Assembly: GCA_002633005.1 (NCBI GenBank)
Contig: NMRA01000251.1
Coordinates: 1-64,000 of the forward strand
Length of the DNA: 64,000 bases
Source of the DNA: Phoronis australis
Lineage: Eukaryota; Animalia; Phoronida
Reading direction: 5' to 3'
How positions within the stretch are numbered: the first letter of the stretch is position 1; each line of letters begins with the position of its first letter. The notes beneath the pieces were generated by a model that worked only from the letters and a program-made list of their open reading frames with translations, was not told where the DNA came from and ran no database searches. Shown here one piece after another: positions 53,325-64,000 of this stretch. Position numbers and translations under genes: made by a program.

Positions 53325-54324
53325 TCCTGATTATTGTAGAAATGGTTTCAGTTGTTTTGGACAATGGGCTGGGCACGTCTGATGCAACGTATCAAATTAT
53401 CTGCACGTTTTTCTTTTCTCAATTGACAAGCAGCAGCGTGCAGAGGTTTGGAGAAGCCCGGGGCGATTTTTCGTGGTTCATGGGAAGTCCTTTTCTCTAC
53501 TCAAATCCTTGGTTTATAGTATTAAGACTAGAAAAAACACGAAACATCATACGGAAAATTTATTCAATTTCGCTACAAATCAGTCACAATTACAAAAGGT
53601 GAATCAGTGGATGGCCCACAATAGCTGAGGTCGCCATGACCCCGGCCGTCNAGTTAGCAATGGCTGAAATGGCCAGTTCGTTATTCGTCCGAGACCAAGC
53701 TTGGCGCACGAAATGACACGAACACGTGACCAGCCACAACACTGACATTGAATTGCTGAACTTCAAGCGAAGAAGACGGACCGAGCGGTCACAATTCTTT
53801 CAATTAATGACCTGAAACCGTCCAGTTAAGAACCAATTCCGTCGGGATCGATCAAATGATCTTAATCAGAAACCTGTTTGTGACAAACGGTGGGTTGCCG
53901 CTTTCAAACGCGGTAAAATAGGGCCTCAACTATGAGACCGCCAAAATGTGCACGGAAGCGCCAGCGTATATACGTAACGCACCTCGGGTCAAAATACCTG
54001 AAGTTGACGTCATCAGTTGCACTGGCAACAAATCGAGGCATAAGAATGTTGTCCTGTGCGTGACCTCGAGGTCATGACCTTTCACAACAAAAATTGTAGG
54101 CAGTATTTGTGTTTGCTTGTACGTAAATAAACAATCTTGCCGTCCGCCGGTAATTTATGCCTATTAAGTATGCATACCTAACACTGACAACCCATGCCCT
54201 TTGTGCGAAATGTAGGTTACCTGTCTATGGTCAGTGCTCGTCGACCTACACAAATCCGATCAACAACCATAGAATCTTTTACAATAGCAGCTGGTGTGTT
54301 GCAGATTGAAAACGCAAATGTAAA

Positions 54325-54468
54325 ATGGCTGGTACAGAGAACGGGCAGGCGAAAGACGATGAAACTGTAAATAGTTGCCAGTGCTGTTCTCAAGGGTGTC
54401 GAGATGAATTCCAGTGTTCAAACTGGAGCCTAGAACACGAGACACCCGACTTATTCGTTTACCCACAG
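54325..54468 (+). CDS. rost: Rolling stone-like paralog B, coding exon 1 (MAGTENGQAKDDETVNSCQCCSQGCRDEFQCSNWSLEHETPDLFVYPQ)
   Basis: Translated by hand. aaaATGG start, 144 nt, strong phase-0 donor CAG|gtgagt, and clear homology to paralog A exon 1. Confidence 0.88.
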
Positions 54469-56212
54469 GTGAGTTAGGAGATTGAAGACGTGTTAAGAAG
54501 CCGTGACTAAAATATTTGTTGATCGCAGTGCAGCTACCTAACCATTTTCAGTAGATAAACGTGGTTTTATTCCACAGTATTTGGCACCTCCGTTACGCAA
54601 AGAAATATTGCGAAGCTCATTTTGACTCTACCAGAAGGGGGGCTGTCATATCGCCACAATAAGGAGACGAAGCTGCACTGTAGAATTGACTCGACCACTT
54701 GAACAAAATGAACGAATGATTGATATTCTTCCTTGTAACAGAGAAGAAATGCTATGGAATCGCCCTAATTGGTTCGCGTGCCGCCGCAACGCTATTAATC
54801 GTTTTCTCGAGTATCAAATAACGCTCAAATGTATTTTTACTGAGGTTCAAAACCCGCATACTAGATCTAGATTTCATGAGTTGAACGAATACATATTCAG
54901 GTTAGCGTATACCAGTAGTAACAGACAGTCGTATTCAGTTAACTGGACCCGTATTCAGGGTACAGCTAACTGACTGGGCGATAAGGGTGTAACTTGTCGA
55001 TTGTCGAGCTACATTATTCGGACATTGGTCCAATCTTCGATCGCCTTCGGGTCAGAATTCGTGTGCGACTTATAAAACAATTCCAAACACTTCATTTGGC
55101 GTAGTCTATAAAAAGTGCCCAATTGGCGGTCACACACAAAAATCGGAGTCTGTAGATGGACTTTAAAGTGACCGAAACACTCGGATCGTTGTGTAGGGTA
55201 CTGTCGGTCGTAGTCGGACTGTGTTCCTGCACGTTTCGAGCAAAGTCGCACACGATGTCATGTATCGGGATTTTCGGAATTTGTGCACTGTGATAGAATA
55301 TTCTCAGACATGGTGTGCAAATCTGAATGTTTAGATAGTTGGGTTTCAGTGTGTTCTGCAGACCAGCCCCAAGAACGGTTTCGTTCGCAAAGATGTTTGC
55401 AGACTCGGTGTAAAGACTTTCATTGCAACAACCGTTGGTGTTTTTGAATAAGTCACAGACAAGACTACTTATGATCGCCGCATGCACCGACATGTCATTA
55501 GTACAGTGTGCACTGTTCGTGAGTCGCACCGCGTAACTGAGAAAAGACGAACACAAAAGGGTCCCAATTGCTATCCATCTTGCACTGGTCACGTATTAGA
55601 AAATTATCAGGCAAGCTCCCTGGTCAGCATGGATTTCCAAATTGTTCTCGCCTTCATTTTTACCTCCTCACCTTCCTCTCCCATTTCCTTCTCCTCGAGT
55701 CGCACTGCTGATAGGCGCACCAAGACTGTTTTTGTCGACGTGCCGAGTGCCACAGCATCCTTAAGAAATCAATTGCAATCCTGTGAAGATTTTTTCCTTT
55801 CCCGGTAAACAATCCCCTCATGAATGAAAGTCACGTTTATTTATGCATACGAGCGGAAATAACTGTAAGAAGTTGCTTACATTTTCAGACCATACGCTAA
55901 CATCATTGGCGAATAATACAAGAAGAGTTCTAAACTGAGCTTGAAAAAGGGTTTGATAGAGGCGATAAATCATTTTTTTCTGACTGTTTGTTCACGAACG
56001 TAGTTGTATTTTGGAATTTAACTCTAAATAGACCTGGAACACGGTAAACAGGTTAAATTGCAATATTGAATGTGGTTTTCTGCCCCTGAAACAGATTTTT
56101 TTTTGTTGATATCAGGCATGTTCTTGTAGTTTCAAAAAAGTGATCTGTCAACTATTCGCCACTTCGTCCATTTTTCTCTCGCAAGGCAAAGAGCGTCTCT
56201 TTATTTGGTATG

Positions 56213-56976
56213 TGTCAGAAAATAGACTGACTCTGTTTTAGTTGTATTGTTTTGTATTGTTTTGTTTTGTTTTGTAGTTCTGTTTGATTGGCATGACCCC
56301 TGAGTTCAGTACAGTGATGATGTAATTTTTCACTATAGAATGATTGGGTAGATTCCGGGAAGTTCTTGTATTGATGAAAAGTTCTAGAACAATGCATTAG
56401 TCTATAAATACACAAGCACGGGTTTGTATTAGTCAGTTAAGCAGTTCAGCAGTCAGAGTAAAGCAGTTAACATTTTAACAGTTGAAAGAATTACAGTTGA
56501 GTTCATGCAGTGAAGAGAATCAGGAGTTACAGCGAGAGTCAACAGAGAGCCAGCTATAAAGACAGCAGGCTATTTGAATCAGCGAGTGTAACAGTTGCTG
56601 AAAGTGTCTCAGTTGAACGTGTTGAATCGAGCAATTGGGCAAAGCGCGATTGTATGCCTGAAACTTGTGGGGGCTGGCTTAGGATCTGGACCTGACCGTC
56701 TGTGCGGGCAATCAGTCGAAGGAATAAAAAAATAAAGAAAAAAAAAAAAAACGGCGACACGATTCTGCCGAGGTCTCCCCCGTCATCCGATAGCGCTTCT
56801 ACATGTAGTTAATTAACTCATTGTTTCCTCACCCTTCAAGTTGTTGCTGTTTCATTTTGTTTGCGGCAGCCATGGGGGAGCCCTGCCCCCACACCGTAAA
56901 TCCGCCTATGCACCGAAAGCTATTAGCGCCGGTCTGTAAAAACTTGCGCCCACCCACACACGGGGAAAAACGTAAC
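56213..56976 (+). mobile_element. Solo-LTR family copy 4 (diverged; ~56630-56910 replaced by other repeat sequence)
   Basis: tgtcagaaaatagactgac...tataaatacacaagcacggg...gagtgtaacagttgctgaa, then gcaccgaaagctattagc...cccacacacggggaaaaacg. Confidence 0.85.
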
Positions 56977-59900
56977 TTAGACATAGCACATTAATTTCCC
57001 TTACATGGAAATGAGACCTTTTACCTCAATTGCTTCCAACCAACTGACTTTGAGCGCATTCACGCATTTCTCATACATGTAAGTGGGAGGCAGATTAGGA
57101 AATCTGCGGTTACCAACAGAGTTTTTCCTTCGCGCGTATTTCAAGAATAGCGATTTTTGTGATTTTTTCTGGAAATTTTCTCACAGGAGAAAGTGAATTA
57201 CTCTGTACTGTAAGTTGCGAGATGGTGCTTTAGTCAGGAATTGTTTAAAAGATATTTTTTATGAGCGTTCGTATTCCATGCCTCTTTAATGATTATGCAT
57301 CGTAACATCACACGAATATCACGTTTCTGAGCTTCACTTCATTTTTATTTTCCATTTTAAAGGCTCATTTTACTCGGTCACTATTGAAAGCAGGACCAGA
57401 CCAACTTGCCTTTGGCTACCGTTAATCCGACGTATTGTAGAATAGTCAATGAATGGCATACTGCCGAATCGGTGACTTTTTCGGTTTCGCATTTTGTAGC
57501 CTGGTAGATTCTGTCTCTAAGAGTTATAGGCAATCAAGTTATATAAGGTGTAATGTACTGTCAGTTTTTAAATGCATACAATGTATATCCTGCAAAAGAG
57601 TCCCGGTGTCACCAAGGTGACTTATTTTGAAGTATCAGTATCATTGTTGCTTAACTTCGCTGAGTTACTCCTAGAAAAAAATCTGGAGTTACAGTAGGAG
57701 GACTACTTGTTCAATTCCTTGTAGCCGCCAGCGTTCGGTCATAATGATCTGTCCTGAAATACCCAACACCACTCACACTGAGGCATTTAACAGCAGTGAT
57801 GTACACTCTTTCATAGGCACTACGAATGGCAGGACCGTCAAATGTTGTTTAACATGGCTTCTCATTGGTTAAAGTAGTGAAATCAAAGTCGTAAGATTTA
57901 AACGTTTCCATTGGTTGAAATCTTGGAAAGCCTTTCAGTTTACTGTTACGTAGTAGAGTGACAAGAGACTCCCATAAATGTAGTATTTGATATTAAGAAA
58001 GGAAAGCTCATTTTTGTAGACGCCAATCAGTGAGGCACAGCAGCAGCAGACCTTACACAGAAGATAAATCAACAGAGTTCAGCAACTATGCTAAGAAAAA
58101 CACGTAAAACTGAACCTAAACAAGGAATATTAGTTTACATGGACATTCATTCCGAGCTGATGCCGTTGACATAGATCTGGCAGAAAACGAATCCACCAGC
58201 TAAGATACCAAGGTGGGTATAAAGATCCCAGTGATACGACCTCACTATCGAAGACCAACCAGAAGAGAACAATCCGGCCGACTATATGTCTACATATGCG
58301 CTGACAGTTCGACAAGCCGAGATCAAATTGTGTCAGACGAGTAAACCCTCTGCTTTACGCGCAGTGCAATCCCAATGGAGATGAGGTCTTAGCTCTGGCA
58401 AAGTGAGACCCTATAATGCAATTCGTTATATTCGGATTATCTCTGGACGTTGGCAAGAGGTCAACGATATCTTGCCTTCGCACTCTGACCTCACATCTCT
58501 TCTCGATCTCCGTGGCGTCAGAGACGAAATCTGGGTATTGAAGTCTGCTCCATGCGCCTGCATCCGTGTCTGTAACACTGTGCTGCTTAATTGGCCCACG
58601 AAAGATAAACAAGATATGAAGTCTAAAGCGATCATAGGAGTAAAACGTGCTCAGAGTACTCGGAACTTGACGCCTCCGTGGAGCAGGTTGGTGTCGTTGT
58701 CTGTCACATCAGGTATAGACTGCAAAATGTGATCCAGTTGGCATGACTCCCTCTCACTTTGACCGAGAGTACAATGCTGATATCAACTCCTATGGACTGC
58801 TACGCAACAGCTTTGCACACATCCTCTGCAGTTGATACACACGTTGTCCACCTTTTCAGTCTGTTCATTAAATCATCAAATCGGATAATGGACCACCCTT
58901 CATTGGTCATGGCAGGAGTCATTGTCTGATTTCCAGTTACGCGCGACGCAGCGTTTTAACACCTTTGTGAACGCCAGTTAACTACAAAAGGAAAACATTA
59001 TAAACCATTGCTGAAAATCGTTCGGGCTTCAGTTATAGAACAACAAGACTTGACACCTTTTCTTTCCAACGTTCTTCGGATCTAGATGTGTGTGCACTGA
59101 GCCTCGCAGAACACTCTTCACGTTGTTCCACAATTCAGCCAAACCGATTGTGCGAACTCCGGACACAGTTGCAAATCAGTCTATGGACGATGACAAGGTT
59201 TACGTGACGCCCTGCGGGATCCATTTCATGACAGTGGCTTTAAGAGTATCACAGAAATTTGGTCTTTCGTTCCTACCTCACCAATGCTAAATAACGTGTT
59301 TTTCCTAGGAAATTATGAGCCCATCGAAGTCTAGAAATAATTTATAGAAATTGCCTCAGAAACCAGCCTTTATCGTATGCATACAAGTATATTCTCAGAG
59401 ATTTTAGTAATACACTTTTGCACTAGTGAGATTTGACTATACTCCAGAATCTGTTGTGTGGAGCCTAGGACCATATCTCCGTCTAAAGTCTTAAGTCATT
59501 TTAAGGACCATGTAGTTCGTGTGGTCTGCGTCACTCTAAATACAAGTTTTCTACTTCATTTACCCCCTGCCTTAAACAGTCTGTGCGATAAACCGGAGGG
59601 TACAATTCTCTTCCCTCTTCAGTATGTCGTATAAACTGCGAAAAACCAAACTCAGATACGACTTCTCTGACCACTCCCATCTGGTTTTGCATTCCAGTAT
59701 ATTGGAGAATGACCCAGACGCCAAGTGCCACGTGCAAAAACGTTCAGTTTTTAATTCGGCTGAGGTGAAGCACATGTCAGTCTACTGCAGGGACGTCTTG
59801 AGCTAAAATAGTCAGCTTTTGGTATGAGAATGGTACATGCACTTCCGTTTTGCTTAAAATTACCGTATTGATGGTTCCGCAATTGATGCAAGGACTTCTT

Positions 59901-60829
59901 TCACCGCGGAACCCCTTAGGTCTTGCCCATCCAGAATGACTGCCATAAATGTATATTAAGGTTTCGTTTTTGTCGGTAAAAATTTATTCAAAGCAGTGTG
60001 TAATTTCTTGCCGGCTCAGCCGTCCAGTTCGCTTAGGTTCTCAACCCCAGTGTCCTCAAGTTTGACTACCGTTATAAGAGACGGCTATTAACAACAAGTT
60101 ACACCGAGACGCGTACATATATGCATAAGTTATTGTTTGCCAGTGATTACGTAGCTCTGAAAAGCATTATGTGTAATTTGCCTGTGGAATAATTTTATTT
60201 CATTATATTTCGACCCACATTCGTCAAAACTGCGACCAATTTCCATAGTTTAAAGCTAATGTGAGAAAAAGCAATAAATCAGGGACTAGACAGTGCTGGT
60301 TCCCTACGTGCCTAGTCAGCACGCAGGTATCACGCAGTGCCACGCGCTTTAGCATTGGTTGATGTAATCTCAGCAGTCACTGGTTAGCTTTACAACACCG
60401 TGAAAAAATGGCGGACTATGAACGATTTTTAGCCTTGTCATGCAAGTGGCATCGCAGCAACTATTTCGTTTCTGTTGTGATGTTTAATAGCCGGGTGCTT
60501 GAAGCACATACATGTACATGTACAATAAACACATATCTGGCCGATTTAACACTGTAAGAATACAGGACAGTATCGTAAATAAAGTCATCGAGGTCAAGGA
60601 CGGTACGGAAATTGTCAGTTTGTCGCGTAAAGTCACGATGTCGATAACGCCGTCCATCCGTAATTCATCGGTAATTTCCTTCCCGTCCTTGACCTCGAGC
60701 CGTCCAAGAAGGAAGTGTGTTTGGGCTTCTTGTGAACATTTTTTTCCTTGACTGCGAATTTCTTACGAAGTCGCCGGAACAGGACACCGTGAATGGTATT
60801 GGAAGAAAGAACAATTGGCAATGGCTTGC

Positions 60830-60990
60830 TGAAACCTTGTTTTGTGTAAATTTATTGAGATTTATGTTAGCTATGGAGGGCTGAAGTGAAGCACCCGTGG
60901 AATTTCTAGTCGGGAGTGTCATATCTTGTAGTATTATATGTAGTGTATTGGGGCCGATCAGAAGCTGAGCGGACGCCTGTGGATACGGGC
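60830..60990 (-). repeat. Dispersed repeat, inverted copy of ~28280-28450
   Basis: Reverse-complement match to the 28280-28450 blocks (ORFs 28353+ and 60665- share NSTGAS.QP.I). Confidence 0.75.
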
Positions 60991-61140
60991 ATCACACTCA
61001 AGTACTAGAAGAATCAAACAATGAATTCGATTTCCCACTTGGCGTAATTTCGTCGGCTTTGAGGCCATATGAAATCGACCCACTTGCACGTGAAAGGCCG
61101 ACGACATATGTGCTGTAACTATACCCTATCTCTCTTTCAG

Positions 61141-61363
61141 TGGACAGTGCGGCCATCCATCCTATTCGTCATCTATAGACTGGTGACTTCCTTGTATTTC
61201 CTCAGTGTTTTCATCTACAGCTTGGTCGTGTACAAATTCACCCCTCATTGGAAGTACATAACACTACTGACGCATTGGAGTTTTATTGTGCTCGTATGCA
61301 CCGAACTCCTCAAAACCGTTACCGTTATAGTCGGGTATATACACGGTCGCAAGAAGCCGAACG
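61141..61363 (+). CDS. rost: Rolling stone-like paralog B, exon 2 (WTVRPSILFVIYR...WKYITLLTHWSF...RKKPN)
   Basis: Acceptor ctctttcag|TGG, phase-1 donor G|gtaagt, LTHW motif, and the same intron positions as paralog A. Confidence 0.9.
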
Positions 61364-62168
61364 GTAAGTGGCTGCAGGCTATCCTTTCACACCTTATAAG
61401 ACCACCCATTACCAACACACTCGTTAATGTTTACCAGGTGACAACTGATAGTTTCAGCAGACCCTTGCAGCAGAGTACAGGTGACGCCGACCGTGACATT
61501 ATGTTGAATCCGTAAGCAGAAACTACATGTATTCTCACCATAGGGGATGTGCCATGAATTGATAAATGTCTAGTGGTGCAGCAGAAAAATGGCCGACGCT
61601 GTCGTCAAACGTCTAGCAAACTTTAATTAAAAAAACGTAGGATTGAATTTGAGATTTCATCCATGACAAAACTTGCTCACGGGCGTCGCTGATAATCGTT
61701 CTTCAGATGCACTGTGGGACGGTTGTCGGCTTGTTAACATCCGCTGTCGTCACTGAAGACTTGTACGAAGACGAGTATATACAGGTGGTTAGATTTAACA
61801 TCTGCGTGATCTGATGGCGGCACGCCTCGAAATATTTGGCGCAAAAGGTTTCTTAAGTGTTTCTCCATTGATTTGATGACTAGTACCTACATTGCATGTT
61901 GCTCTCTTCGATAATTTTCTGTGACAACTGTTCAGTCTAACTGGCACCAAAAAGGATGTTTATGTGGGCCCGTGTTTTCAGTTTCCGTTGACGGAAAGGA
62001 CAAGGTCGGATATCACCAGTTTTTAGCAGAAGACAAAAGTCGCGCAATGTGTTTGAAAAATAATGACAGAGTCGCAACTAAAATTCTCCTTTTTCGTTCG
62101 AATTTACTGGGGTATATTGCACTGCCGGCATACCATATACAAAATGCACTATTGTTCAGATGTTTCAG

Positions 62169-62285
62169 ATGAACCAGTCCACACCAAGATGTCGCCTCTG
62201 TTCAAGATTACCTGGTTGGCGGATAACGTATCCAGCACAGCGGCACTCGTCATAGCTATTCTTTATTGGGCGGTCGTTTACAAAG
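62169..62285 (+). CDS. rost: Rolling stone-like paralog B, exon 3 (DEPVHTKMSPLFKITWLADNVSSTAALVIAILYWAVVYK); gene continues beyond the window
   Basis: Acceptor tgtttcag|AT, donor G|gtaggg, 117 nt, phase 1-1, homologous to paralog A exon 3. Confidence 0.88.
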
Positions 62286-64000
62286 GTAGGGTGTGATAAT
62301 GGCACCTTAGGCTAAGCGATGAGCATGGTGGCTCAGGCAAACAAAGCAATAGTTAGGCAGGGTGTTTCATTCTGAGTGGGGATTGTGGCACGCGAGCTGA
62401 TTACGTGGTGTAATAAGTAAATGTGACCATATACGTAACAGTTTGTCGTGGTTAAGATGTCTATTAATTTACAGAGGTGAACTTCTACCTTAAGTAGTTT
62501 TTCTTGGGGGGATGGACAAGGTAACAGCGACAGGCCATATTGGAGCGCCAGAGGCTTTCATTGTTGTATTATAGACTGCATCGATTCAAACCGGCTTCTT
62601 GTGTGATAGCAGCAAATAATAAATGGCCGCTCCAGTCCGTGAAAAAGCAACATGGCTAAATTGCGCTGCTAAGTTTCTTAATTTTAACGTTTTGTGCTGG
62701 TCCCTTAAACAATCCTCTCTTATGTCTATTGCTTGCACGCCCCCACGTGGACAAAACTCTACAGCATCTCTATGTGCCCACCCTCCAATCGCCCACTTCC
62801 ACGCGTTCCCCACCGATTAGTCATTGTATTTGCAGCTTCGGTGCCCGATTTTTTTCTTGATTTTCGGCTTCGTGTTTATTTTTCCAATACAACGCCGAAG
62901 TGTTACATTCTCTCCTTCTTAACAAAAGGCACTTCACAATTTTAATTTGACAAAAAACCTTACATGACGTACTGTCTCATTGCTCAACAACGGCGACGGC
63001 CAATGTCATTAGTCTCTTTATCGATTATTCTTCCATTTTATGCCGTACATACCATGTGTTTTTAGTGTACAGAGTTTCTCGTATTTTCGTAACTGGGGTG
63101 TTCAGTCACATAAAAAACAGGTGCTTGTTTTCATTTTTTTCGGCCAATATTTGAAACATTTTTCATCACTCAACAATCATATGGAAAGTCTTCATGATAT
63201 GATGATAACGAAATTTGACAGAATGCGAGTATCGAGTCCAAAAAGCGAATTTTCAGAATCAGTGATCAGATTTCCAATAGGTTCAAGCTTGGCCAGATGC
63301 TGTACAAACCTAAATGTTCAGATTAGACCCAATGAATTGAGGTATTGATTCGGAACCACTGTGTGCTGGTTTGACCGGTATTCAGTCAGGCGTACCATCT
63401 TGCACGAAAATGACAGCTTCAACACACGTTATGCCATTCTGTCGTTTCCAGTAGCCACCACTTTTTTGCAGCATTGTAATAGGCACATTCTAAAATGTAA
63501 ACCAGAAAATTAGAAAATTAACGATACACTAAATCTAAATTTGTACGAGCCACTTAAGATGCAAAGGACCGTAATACATGTAGTTACGAATTGCACTTAT
63601 TTAGTGAGGAATTTTTATTGATATCCCTGAATTGGTGAAACTCGTTCTGTGTTCTAAATTGGTGAAAAAGTGCAACTTAACAGGGCTTTTTTGATTACCT
63701 GTACTTATTCGGCTGAGGAACGAGCGCCGAGGTCATTCCCCCTATGCAATGGAGTACAACTAATCTCGTCTCTGACAAGCGGGGAAAAATTTTGTGGTCA
63801 GTTCAGCTACAAAATGCGCTGCTAAAAATATCAAGTCACCCCATCAGTCAAACACGTTGGCATGCACTGCCAAAGAGCCAAAAATCAAGACTTTATTTTC
63901 ACTCAGTGCAACGATGAATTCGGCAAATCTTGCAAAGATTTTCTAAGTCTTGCCAACATATTCTACATGTATAACTGAGCTTGAAGATTTTCTTAGCACT

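Noticed and set aside
58355-58740. GADFN and LDHIL resembling LINE endonuclease motifs
   Set aside because: The motifs occur in the wrong order and there is no other supporting motif.
1-64000. Prokaryotic systems (CRISPR arrays, operons, defence islands)
   Set aside because: The window shows spliceosomal introns, very low coding density and metazoan TE families. There is no regularly spaced repeat-spacer array.

Overview
This is AT-rich, intron- and repeat-rich eukaryotic DNA, most consistent with a (probably marine) invertebrate animal. It is not prokaryotic, and almost all listed ORFs are spurious or transposon debris. The real genic content is two head-to-head paralogs of the rolling stone (rost)-like / AIG1-ADTRP-related multi-pass membrane protein family. 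One is a complete 5-exon gene on the minus strand (CDS 40513 to 26461, 310 aa). The other is the first 3 coding exons of a plus-strand paralog (54325 to 62285, continuing past the window). Exon 3 of the first gene appears twice because a 1.6-kb segment is duplicated across a single-N join, probably two haplotypes. The rest is layered transposon material: a decayed L1/Tx1-type LINE, four copies of one solo-LTR family (two with 5-bp TSDs), a Penelope element (RT + GIY-YIG) split by a TTAA/Kolobok-type element and ending in a variant minimal hammerhead ribozyme, two Academ-like ends, THAP and Crypton-like relics, MITEs and SINE heads. The most unusual signal is about 30 TACATGTA octamers. Comparing repeat copies shows they arise by TA-to-TACATGTA insertion, as expected for Tc1/mariner excision footprints.
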